Of a stretch of DNA of 64,000 nucleotides, positions 43,270 to 51,194 are shown piece by piece. How positions within the stretch are numbered: position 1 is the stretch's first letter; every line of letters starts with the position of its first letter. The notes under the pieces were generated by a model. That model was not told where the DNA came from, made no database searches, and saw only the letters and a program-made list of their open reading frames with translations. This DNA is from an uncultured Acidobacteriaceae bacterium (GTDB lineage Bacteria > Acidobacteriota > Terriglobia > Terriglobales > Acidobacteriaceae): contig CAWITO010000009.1 of NCBI GenBank assembly GCA_963839075.1, forward strand, positions 1,306,720 through 1,370,719, read 5' to 3'. The translations under genes were made by a program, and so were the position numbers.

Positions 43270-46052
43270 TGGCCTCTCAGAAACCCGTCTTCCTTCTCGA
43301 CGCGATGTCGTTCATCTTTCGTGCTTACCATGCGATGCAGCGGCAGCGTCCCATGTCCACTCGCACCGGTATACCGACGGCTGCCACCTTCGTCTTCGTC
43401 AACATGATCAACAAGCTTCGCCGCGACTTCGAGCCCGAGTTTTTCGCGGCTGTTTTCGATGTGAGCGGGGCTGTTTTTCGCGACGAACGGGCCCGCACCA
43501 TGTCCACCGTGCGCAAGTGGAACATCAAAACTCAAACCTTCGATGAGGTCGATTACGCCGGCTACAAGGCCAACCGAACCGAGATGCCGGCCGACCTGGC
43601 GCAGCAGTTGCCCTTCATCCGCCGCTCGCTGGAGGCCTTTCGCATCCCCATCTTGCAATCCGAAGGCTTCGAAGCCGACGACGTCATCGGTACCCTCGCG
43701 CGGCAGGCGGCCGAGCAAGGCCACGATGTCTTTGTCGTTTCGAATGATAAGGACATGTTGCAGCTTGTCACCGGTCAGGTGAAAGTGCTCAACCCGGTCA
43801 AGGACAACCTGATTCTCGATCGTGAGAAAGTCATCGAGGTTCTCGGCGTAGCGCCCGAGCAGGTCATCGACGTGATGGCTCTACGCGGGGACTCCATCGA
43901 CAATATCCCTGGCGCACCGGGGATTGGAGACAAAGGCTCAGTCGAACTGATCCAGCAATTCGGCACCGTCGAAGCAGTGTTGGACCATGCAGACGAAGTG
44001 AAGCGCAAGACCTATCGCGAATCTCTGCAGAACAATCGCGAATCCGTGCTGCTGAGCAAAGAGCTGGTCACCATCCACTGTGAAGTCCCGGTTCCGCTCG
44101 ATTTGGAGAAGATGCGCACCCAGCCGCCTGATCTGAGCGCCTGCCGCGCTCTCTTTAACGAGCTTGAGTTCACCACCATGCTCAAAGAGCTGGCGCCGGA
44201 CGAGCAGGCCAAGCCGCTTGAGATCATTACCGATCCCTCCGGGGAAGAGATCAGCCGCTTCGTTGAACACGCCACCGGACACGGTTTCGCGCTGGCCTTC
44301 GATACCACGTTGCTGGAAGCCGTGTCGGAGCAGGTAGCCGAAGAGGAAACCGAAGCGATCGAGGAAGAGGAGCCGCAGCTGAAGAACCAGTCCCTGCTTG
44401 GCTTCTTCGATACGCCCGCGCCGGCGGAAGCCGCGCCGCAGACGCTGAAGATCGCAGTCTCGACGGAGCCGGGGCGCATCCTGGTGATCGCGCTCGATGC
44501 GGCCGTGGAGAGCCGCGCGCCGGATTGGTTGTGCAAGTTACTGGCCGATGAGAACTCGCCTAAATCGGTGCACGACTTGAAGGCGACCCTGCGCGTGTTT
44601 GACCGCCACGGAGCAAGCCACGGTTTGCACCTGGCCGGTCCGGTGGATGATGTGATGCTGTACTCCTACCTCATTAACCCGACGCACACGACTCATCGTC
44701 TGGGAGATGTAGCAGCGCGCTTCACCACCCGGGCATTGCCGGCTGAAGGAGATGAGCTGTTGCCCGCATCGGCCCACGCCATTCACACCCTGGCGCCGCT
44801 GCTCAAAGGCGACATGCAATCGCTGGGCACGGCGGAGGTCTACCGCGATATCGACCTACCACTTGTTCCGGTGCTATTGCACATGGAAGAAGCCGGCGTG
44901 CGCATCGACCGGAACGTGCTCTCCAGCATGTCAGACCGCTTGACGGTCGAGATGCATCGCGTCAGCGAGCAGATCTACGAGGGCTCCGGTCATCGATTCA
45001 ACATCAATTCCCCCAAACAACTGGGCGATGTCCTTTTCAACAAGATGCATTTGCCAAAGCCGATGAAGTACGGCAAAGGCAAGGTGGTCTCAACGGCCGT
45101 GGATGTGTTGGAGGAACTGGCGGAGCATAATGAGGTGCCACGGCAGGTGTTGCAATATCGCCAGCTGGCCAAGCTCAAGTCCAACTACATTGACTCATTA
45201 CCGCTATTGGCGGACAGTGAATCGCGCGTCCACACCACCTTCAACCAGGTCGGGACAGCGACGGGGCGCTTATCGTCGACCAATCCGAACCTGCAGAACA
45301 TCCCCATCAAGACGGAGCTCGGTCGCGAGATCAGGGCCGCCTTCATCGCGGCGCCCGGCAATGTTCTCATCTCCGCCGATTACTCGCAGATTGAGCTGCG
45401 GTTGATGGCCCATTACTCAGAGGATCCTTTGCTGGTGCGTGCCTTTGCCGAGGGGCAGGACATTCACACCCTCACCGCTTCGGAAGTTTTTGGCATTGCT
45501 CCCGAGGCGATGGACAAGCAGACTCGCGATCGGGCGAAAGCAGTTAACTTCGGAATCGTGTACGGTATCTCTCCCTTCGGGCTGGCGGCGCAACTTGGCA
45601 TCGAGCAAAACGTAGCCCGCCTCTACATCGAGACCTACTTTGCGCGTTACAGCGGAGTGCGCGCCTACATCGATCGTCTGCTCGAAGAGACGCGCCGCGA
45701 GCAACGGGTACGCACGCTGTTCGGGAGGGTGCGTCCTATTCCTGACATGCAGAGCCGCAACGCCAACCTGCGCGGCTTTGCTGAGCGCACCGCGGTCAAC
45801 ACGCCGTTACAGGGAACCGCGGCCGACCTGATCAAGATCGCCATGATCCGCATCGACCAGCGATTGAAGGAAGAGAAGTTAAAAACAAAGATGACCCTGC
45901 AGGTTCATGACGAACTGCTCTTCGACGCACCCGAGAAAGAAGTCGAAACCGTCAAACAGCTCGTTCGCCACGAGATGGAAACTGTCATTGAGCTAAAAGT
46001 TCCCATCCTTGTGGACTGCGGCGCTGGGCCCAACTGGCGCGACATGAATTAG
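43269..46052 (+). CDS. polA: DNA polymerase I
   Basis: 927 aa: 5'-nuclease N-terminus, then RRxAKAVNFGIVYG and QVHDELLF polymerase motifs. Confidence 0.97.
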   Translation: MASQKPVFLLDAMSFIFRAYHAMQRQRPMSTRTGIPTAATFVFVNMINKLRRDFEPEFFAAVFDVSGAVFRDERARTMSTVRKWNIKTQTFDEVDYAGYKANRTEMPADLAQQLPFIRRSLEAFRIPILQSEGFEADDVIGTLARQAAEQGHDVFVVSNDKDMLQLVTGQVKVLNPVKDNLILDREKVIEVLGVAPEQVIDVMALRGDSIDNIPGAPGIGDKGSVELIQQFGTVEAVLDHADEVKRKTYRESLQNNRESVLLSKELVTIHCEVPVPLDLEKMRTQPPDLSACRALFNELEFTTMLKELAPDEQAKPLEIITDPSGEEISRFVEHATGHGFALAFDTTLLEAVSEQVAEEETEAIEEEEPQLKNQSLLGFFDTPAPAEAAPQTLKIAVSTEPGRILVIALDAAVESRAPDWLCKLLADENSPKSVHDLKATLRVFDRHGASHGLHLAGPVDDVMLYSYLINPTHTTHRLGDVAARFTTRALPAEGDELLPASAHAIHTLAPLLKGDMQSLGTAEVYRDIDLPLVPVLLHMEEAGVRIDRNVLSSMSDRLTVEMHRVSEQIYEGSGHRFNINSPKQLGDVLFNKMHLPKPMKYGKGKVVSTAVDVLEELAEHNEVPRQVLQYRQLAKLKSNYIDSLPLLADSESRVHTTFNQVGTATGRLSSTNPNLQNIPIKTELGREIRAAFIAAPGNVLISADYSQIELRLMAHYSEDPLLVRAFAEGQDIHTLTASEVFGIAPEAMDKQTRDRAKAVNFGIVYGISPFGLAAQLGIEQNVARLYIETYFARYSGVRAYIDRLLEETRREQRVRTLFGRVRPIPDMQSRNANLRGFAERTAVNTPLQGTAADLIKIAMIRIDQRLKEEKLKTKMTLQVHDELLFDAPEKEVETVKQLVRHEMETVIELKVPILVDCGAGPNWRDMN

Positions 46053-46071
46053 CCTCTCACCAGTTATTGGC

Positions 46072-48933
46072 TCAGAAGTTAAACGACATCTGTAAATCGA
46101 TACTGCGATTGGACGAAGGCGAAGAGAAGAACCCGCCCGCCAATGCGTTCGATTTACCGAACAAGGGCGACTGCAACACGCCGACCGGCGCGGCCAGGTT
46201 CACATCGTTGAAGATATTTCTGCCCATCGCAGTGAACGTCAGCGAGTAACGGCGAGCTGCCGCTTGATCGAACATGGGTGGCCGGCCGCCGGAGCTGCTC
46301 AGGCCGCCGGGTCCTAGTCCTCCACCTGGAGGTCCACCGCCTCCCGGCCCGCGCCCGCCGCCACCGCCGCCCGGAGGTGGCCCATTGAAGCCGCCCGCGC
46401 CGCCGCGCTCTACCTTGGGGCCGATGCCGATCGACTTGCTCACCCGCAGGTTGGTGCTAAATTGTCCCGGACCGAGTTGAAAGTTGTACGGGATACGAGC
46501 CGCATCCGCGGCTGGGTTGATGTCAAAGTTGCCGTACTTGGTGTCGATGACGTCGGTGCTGCTTGAGGTTGCGAAGGCAGGCCGATCGTTGAACTGGTTG
46601 TCGCCGTTCAGATCCTGTCCCACGGTTATGTTGAACGGCGTGCCCGAGTCCACAACCATGAAAGGGCTGATAGAAATTCCAAACGGCGCCGAATAGTTGC
46701 CGCCCAATAGGAACCGATTACGTACATCGAAAGTAGATCGCCCATAATCCGCCTTAGGGTCAAATTGATTCGAGGGAAAGTAGGTCGCTCCCGAAGTGTC
46801 CGCCTTGGCAAAGTTCACGACGTAGAAGCCAAACAGACTGATGCGGCGCGCCCGCACACTGAAGTTGGTAATCAATTGGTTCTGGTGATAAATACCGCCC
46901 GATTGGAACTGATAGATGTTTTCGTTAATGCCGTTGGGTCGCACGCCAGTTCCGGTCGTGGTGTCATAGGTTCCGGGGAGAAACGCGTTGATGTTGTCGG
47001 AGTACAACTGATGCAACCCACGCGAGTTGATATAGGTGGTCGACAGGGTAACGCTCTTGCCGAAGCGATGCTCTACCCCAATCGCGGTTTGCATGTTGAT
47101 AGGGGCCTTCACGCCGGATGCGATGGAGTAGGTCGTAGGCGCGGCGTCGCTTTCAGTCAACGACGTGGGCGAGAATGTTTCGCCCGGCGTGGGGTTCTTG
47201 ACCACGAACTGCTGCTGATTGATGCCGTTCTGGCGAATCGCCTGCAATACATTGGTGCTGGCAAAGCGATCGAAGAACCAACCGTATCCGCCGCGGATGA
47301 CGGTCGTTGCCGGCTTGCTTCCCCCGTTCACCGCCCAGGCGAAGGAAAAGCGCGGACCAAAATCAGCATGATCGCTGATGCGGTTCTGCCCTTCGTAGCG
47401 CAGCCCATAACTAAACGTAAAATTCTGACGTACCCGCCAATCGTCCTGGAAGAACACTCCCGCGTCAAACAGCGTGACCCGCGACGCCGGCGTACCCACG
47501 GTCACTTCGTACTGCGACGGCTGACCTGCGGCATAACTGTCCAGTGACTGATACGTGTAGTTGCCGTTGAAGCCGGCAGTCGAAGCGTTGCTATCGCGCA
47601 CCGCGCGCAGACGAGCCCCAAACCGGAGAGCATGCGCGCCCATGGCCGCCGTCGTGTAATTCTGCAGTTCGTAGTGGTCCTGCGCGTCGCTTACCGATCC
47701 GAGGTTGCTGCCACCTCCGGTGAATGCGCCCTGCACCGTAATCGTTGGCGTGCCGTTCAGTGGAGTCTGGTTATCTCGATCACGAATGTACTCAAATCGC
47801 GTCTCATTGATTACCTTTGCGCCGAGCACCTGCGTATCGCTCAACTGCACCGTGTTTTCCTGGTTAAGCGTGTCGTAGCCCTGGGTCTCCAAGGCGAACT
47901 GCGACACGCCGTTGTTGGTGCTCTTTTGCCGGTCGTACATGTACCGCACGGTCAGAGTATTGCTCGGCGTGAGTTGCAGATCGATGCGCGGACTGAGATC
48001 GAGCCGCGACTGCGGATTCCCAACGGCTGCCGAGTAGTTGTACGTTCCGCCGGTGGGATCGAGTAGCTGGGCACTGATGATCGAGTTAGCGTTGTTATCG
48101 CGCCGGAAGCCGCTCATAAACCACGATGAGTGGCTGTTCAGCGATCCGCTCACATTCCCCAGGAAGAACGTCGAGTAATACGGAGGCTCGCTGGTCACAA
48201 ACGGATTGAGCGAGTTGAACGCCGAGTCGTTGCCGTTGGCCATCACCATGCCGCGCAGCTTGTCGGTGCCCGGCTTGGTGAGGATTTCAATCCGTCCGTA
48301 ACCCAGCTTGTCGTATTCCGCCGAGAAGGGATTCTGGTTGATGCGAATCTCGCGAATCGAAGACTTGGGAGGAAGCTGGCCACCGGAAAAACCATCGATG
48401 TAGATCTGACCTCCGTTCGGCCCGGCCGCGGGGCCGGCGAGCGCGTTGAGCTCGTCCGACAATTGATCGGGATCATCTGAGAGTGCGTCGAGATCCTTAC
48501 CCTTGATCACAATCGCGCCCGCATTGTTGTCCGGGCTGGTGTCGAGTCCGGGACTCCGGTCGCTTACGGTGATCTGCTGCTGGTCCACAGCAATGCTGAG
48601 GGCAAGATTCTGCACCGTGGGTTTTCCAGCACTCACCGTAACTTCCAGCGGTGTCGCCAGGGCAAGCCCGGTAGCGGTGACGTTAAGGGTGTAGTCGCCG
48701 GGAGCGACCTGGGAGAAGGAATAGCTGCCATCGGCGGTGGTCGCCGTTGTCAGCGTCTTTCCATCCGCCCCGACCGCGAGCACCGTGGCCTTGACCACCC
48801 GCGCGCCTGAGGGATCGGTGGCGACTCCGCGGAGCGATCCGCTCGCTTGCCAGGCCAGAACGGGTACAGCAGAAGCGAGGCTTACACAAAACAGGATCAG
48901 GGCGGTTCGCAGGGTGGCGACAGACTGCAACAT
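46072..48933 (-). CDS. TonB-dependent receptor-like outer-membrane protein with CarboxypepD_reg N-terminal domain
   Basis: I prefer the start at ATG 48933 (MLQSVATLRTALILFCVSLASAVPVLA). GSLRGVATDPSGARVVKATVLAV...DGSYSFSQVAPGDYTL is a CarboxypepD_reg-type domain. A long barrel follows, ending ...IDLQMSFNF. Confidence 0.85.
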   Translation of the reverse strand: MLQSVATLRTALILFCVSLASAVPVLAWQASGSLRGVATDPSGARVVKATVLAVGADGKTLTTATTADGSYSFSQVAPGDYTLNVTATGLALATPLEVTVSAGKPTVQNLALSIAVDQQQITVSDRSPGLDTSPDNNAGAIVIKGKDLDALSDDPDQLSDELNALAGPAAGPNGGQIYIDGFSGGQLPPKSSIREIRINQNPFSAEYDKLGYGRIEILTKPGTDKLRGMVMANGNDSAFNSLNPFVTSEPPYYSTFFLGNVSGSLNSHSSWFMSGFRRDNNANSIISAQLLDPTGGTYNYSAAVGNPQSRLDLSPRIDLQLTPSNTLTVRYMYDRQKSTNNGVSQFALETQGYDTLNQENTVQLSDTQVLGAKVINETRFEYIRDRDNQTPLNGTPTITVQGAFTGGGSNLGSVSDAQDHYELQNYTTAAMGAHALRFGARLRAVRDSNASTAGFNGNYTYQSLDSYAAGQPSQYEVTVGTPASRVTLFDAGVFFQDDWRVRQNFTFSYGLRYEGQNRISDHADFGPRFSFAWAVNGGSKPATTVIRGGYGWFFDRFASTNVLQAIRQNGINQQQFVVKNPTPGETFSPTSLTESDAAPTTYSIASGVKAPINMQTAIGVEHRFGKSVTLSTTYINSRGLHQLYSDNINAFLPGTYDTTTGTGVRPNGINENIYQFQSGGIYHQNQLITNFSVRARRISLFGFYVVNFAKADTSGATYFPSNQFDPKADYGRSTFDVRNRFLLGGNYSAPFGISISPFMVVDSGTPFNITVGQDLNGDNQFNDRPAFATSSSTDVIDTKYGNFDINPAADAARIPYNFQLGPGQFSTNLRVSKSIGIGPKVERGGAGGFNGPPPGGGGGGRGPGGGGPPGGGLGPGGLSSSGGRPPMFDQAAARRYSLTFTAMGRNIFNDVNLAAPVGVLQSPLFGKSNALAGGFFSSPSSNRSIDLQMSFNF

Positions 48934-48982
48934 GGAATCATTCCTCACCTGTCTAGAAGACCGTGAGACGCGCTCCATTGCG

Positions 48983-49057
48983 GTCACAATGAGTAACTCT
49001 TGGTAACGGACTGTCACTAACGTGTGACAATTTGTTACATTTCCTGCGTTGTGTAAC
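48983..49057. promoter_or_regulatory. Phased array of seven GTNAC pentamers in the receptor/cpxRA-like divergent region
   Basis: GTCAC 48983, GTAAC 48993, GTAAC 49003, GTCAC 49013, GTGAC 49024, GTTAC 49034, GTAAC 49053. Spacings are 10, 10, 10, 11, 10 and 19 bp. The core GTAAC-N5-GTCAC-N6-GTGAC-N5-GTTAC has motif-level dyad symmetry. Confidence 0.6.
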
Positions 49058-49100
49058 CTCCCGATCGGCGTACTCTCTGGAAGGACGGAAAGCAGACGGT

Positions 49101-49820
49101 ATGGAGCCCATTCTTCTGATCGATGACGACGTAGAGCTTTGCGCCATGCTGAGTGATTATCTCGGGCGGCACGGCTACGAAGTGACAGCGATCCACAATG
49201 GGAAAACCGGCCTCAACAAAGCACTCGCCGGCGGTTACTCGGTTCTTCTGCTCGATGTCATGCTGCCCGGCCTGGAGGGCTTTGAGGTGCTGCGCCGCTT
49301 GCGTGCGGCTGCATCGCCGATGAATGTTTTGCTGTTAACGGCGCGCGGCGAAGATGTCGATCGCATCGTTGGCCTGGAAATCGGCGCCGACGACTATCTG
49401 CCCAAGCCGTTCAACCCACGCGAGCTGTTGGCTCGCATCCGCGCCGTCCGGCGCCGGAGCGGCAATGCCGAGGCGCCCGTGGTCGCGGGAGACTTTCTCT
49501 CCGCTGCAGGCCTGGAATTGGACACAGCCGCACGCGTGGCGCGATGCAGTGGCGTCGTACTCGACCTTACTGATATTGAGTTTGGGTTACTGCAGGCGTT
49601 GATGCGCTCCCCAGGCGAAGTGGTGGCGCGGGAGCAACTCGCCGAGACCGTTCTCGGACGAAAGTTCCACCCGTTTGATCGCAGCCTAGACATGCACGTG
49701 AGCCGTTTGCGCCACAAGCTGGATGAAGCGAATAACTTCGGCGATCGGGTCAAGACCATCCGCGGCGTAGGCTACCAACTCGCTGTGCCGGCGCAACGAA
49801 AACTCGCAGGAGATCGATAG
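49101..49820 (+). CDS. OmpR-family response regulator (CpxR-like)
   Basis: MEPILLIDDDVELCAMLSDYL...LLLDVMLPGLEGFEVL...DDYLPKPFNPRELLARI plus a winged-helix C-terminus ...VKTIRGVGYQL. Confidence 0.9.
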   Translation: MEPILLIDDDVELCAMLSDYLGRHGYEVTAIHNGKTGLNKALAGGYSVLLLDVMLPGLEGFEVLRRLRAAASPMNVLLLTARGEDVDRIVGLEIGADDYLPKPFNPRELLARIRAVRRRSGNAEAPVVAGDFLSAAGLELDTAARVARCSGVVLDLTDIEFGLLQALMRSPGEVVAREQLAETVLGRKFHPFDRSLDMHVSRLRHKLDEANNFGDRVKTIRGVGYQLAVPAQRKLAGDR

Positions 49821-49823
49821 CCA

Positions 49824-51194
49824 ATGCGCGGTCTCTTCATCAAAGTGTTTCTCGGCTTCTGGATTGCGCAGAGTCTTACCTTCGCCATCACCACTTTTCT
49901 GATTATGCAGCGGCATGGCGTGCGGCCCAATGAGACCGGCGAAGTGCTCGCCGCTTCCTTTCCCAGCCTGGGGAAAGAAGCGGTCAACGCTTACCAGGCC
50001 GGTGGCTGCATCGGTTTGCAGCAGTACGCCACGTCGCTTCGTCAGAGCCTTTACCTGGCAGATGCACCTAACCACTATCTGTGTGGCACAGCGCCCTTCA
50101 TTCTCAGCGCCGATGAGCTGGCAAAGCCAGGGGTGGTCTCCACCATGGCGGGGCAGAACAATGTATGGAGCACGGCGGTTCCATCGCAAAACGGCCAGGA
50201 GTATCTTTTCCTGTTGAGCCGACCGGCGGACAGAAACAATCACTGGTTGCACGCGCTTGTCTTCTTTGCCTTTCCCCAGCTCTGGGTGGCCATCATCGTT
50301 TGCGGAGCAACCACTTTTGGTCTCGTTCTGCTTCTCATCCGCCCGATCGGCAGGCTTCGCGTGGCCGCGCGCAAGCTGGCGAATGGCGAGCTCGCCACGC
50401 GTGTTCCTAAACCAGACGGAGAGGCGCGCCTGGTGGGCGGGGACGAAATTCAGGGGCTGGTCCATGACTTCAACTACATGGCTGAGCGGCTTGAGCATCT
50501 CGTGGGCGCACAAAAGATTTTGTTGCGGGATGTCTCGCACGAATTACGCTCTCCGCTCGCCCGCCTGAGCGTTGCCCTCGAGTTGGCGAGGGAAGAGGCT
50601 CCCAACGCCATGATGGGCCACCTCGAACGCATCGAACGCGAAGCCGCCCGGCTGAACCAGCTGATTGGGCAACTGCTACGGCTCTCTTCCATGGAATCCA
50701 CCGAAGCGACGGCGGCCAGGGAGACCTTTGCCCTCCATTCGCTGATGGAAAGCATGCTGCCGGATGTGGAGTTCGAAGCGCAACAGAGGCTCTGCCAGGT
50801 CCGCGTCGTTACGCAATGCGATTGCGTTGTGCAAGGCAGCTCAGAGCTGATTTATCGCGCCATCGAGAACGTGGTGCGGAATGCGGTTCGCTATACCAAA
50901 GCGCAATCCGTGGTTGAGCTGAGTATGCGCTGCGAGGAATCAGCCGGCGCGCGCACCGTCGTTCTCGACGTAAGCGATTCCGGACCTGGCCTTCCAGAGA
51001 ATGAGCTGGAGAAGATTTTTCGCCCGTTTTATCGTGTCGACTATGCCCGTGAGCGCGACACCGGGGGATTCGGAGTGGGGCTGGCCATCGCCGATCGCGC
51101 GGTCCGGCTGCACCATGGCGAACTCGTTGCCTGGAACCGCCCGGAAGGTGGGCTTACCGTGAGCCTGCGTTTGCCTTGCCATCCTGCTCGGTAA
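49824..51194 (+). CDS. Sensor histidine kinase (CpxA-like: 2 TM, HAMP, HisKA, HATPase)
   Basis: LLRDVSHELRSPLARL (H-box), RNAVRYT (N-box), DSGPGLPENELEKIFRPFYR and GGFGVGLAI. Confidence 0.9.
   Translation: MRGLFIKVFLGFWIAQSLTFAITTFLIMQRHGVRPNETGEVLAASFPSLGKEAVNAYQAGGCIGLQQYATSLRQSLYLADAPNHYLCGTAPFILSADELAKPGVVSTMAGQNNVWSTAVPSQNGQEYLFLLSRPADRNNHWLHALVFFAFPQLWVAIIVCGATTFGLVLLLIRPIGRLRVAARKLANGELATRVPKPDGEARLVGGDEIQGLVHDFNYMAERLEHLVGAQKILLRDVSHELRSPLARLSVALELAREEAPNAMMGHLERIEREAARLNQLIGQLLRLSSMESTEATAARETFALHSLMESMLPDVEFEAQQRLCQVRVVTQCDCVVQGSSELIYRAIENVVRNAVRYTKAQSVVELSMRCEESAGARTVVLDVSDSGPGLPENELEKIFRPFYRVDYARERDTGGFGVGLAIADRAVRLHHGELVAWNRPEGGLTVSLRLPCHPAR

Noticed and set aside
46274-46480. 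Pro/Gly-rich 68-aa + ORF (MGGRPPELLRPPGPSPPPGGPPPPG...)
   Set aside because: It is the mirror of the Gly/Pro loop coding region of the receptor gene on the minus strand.
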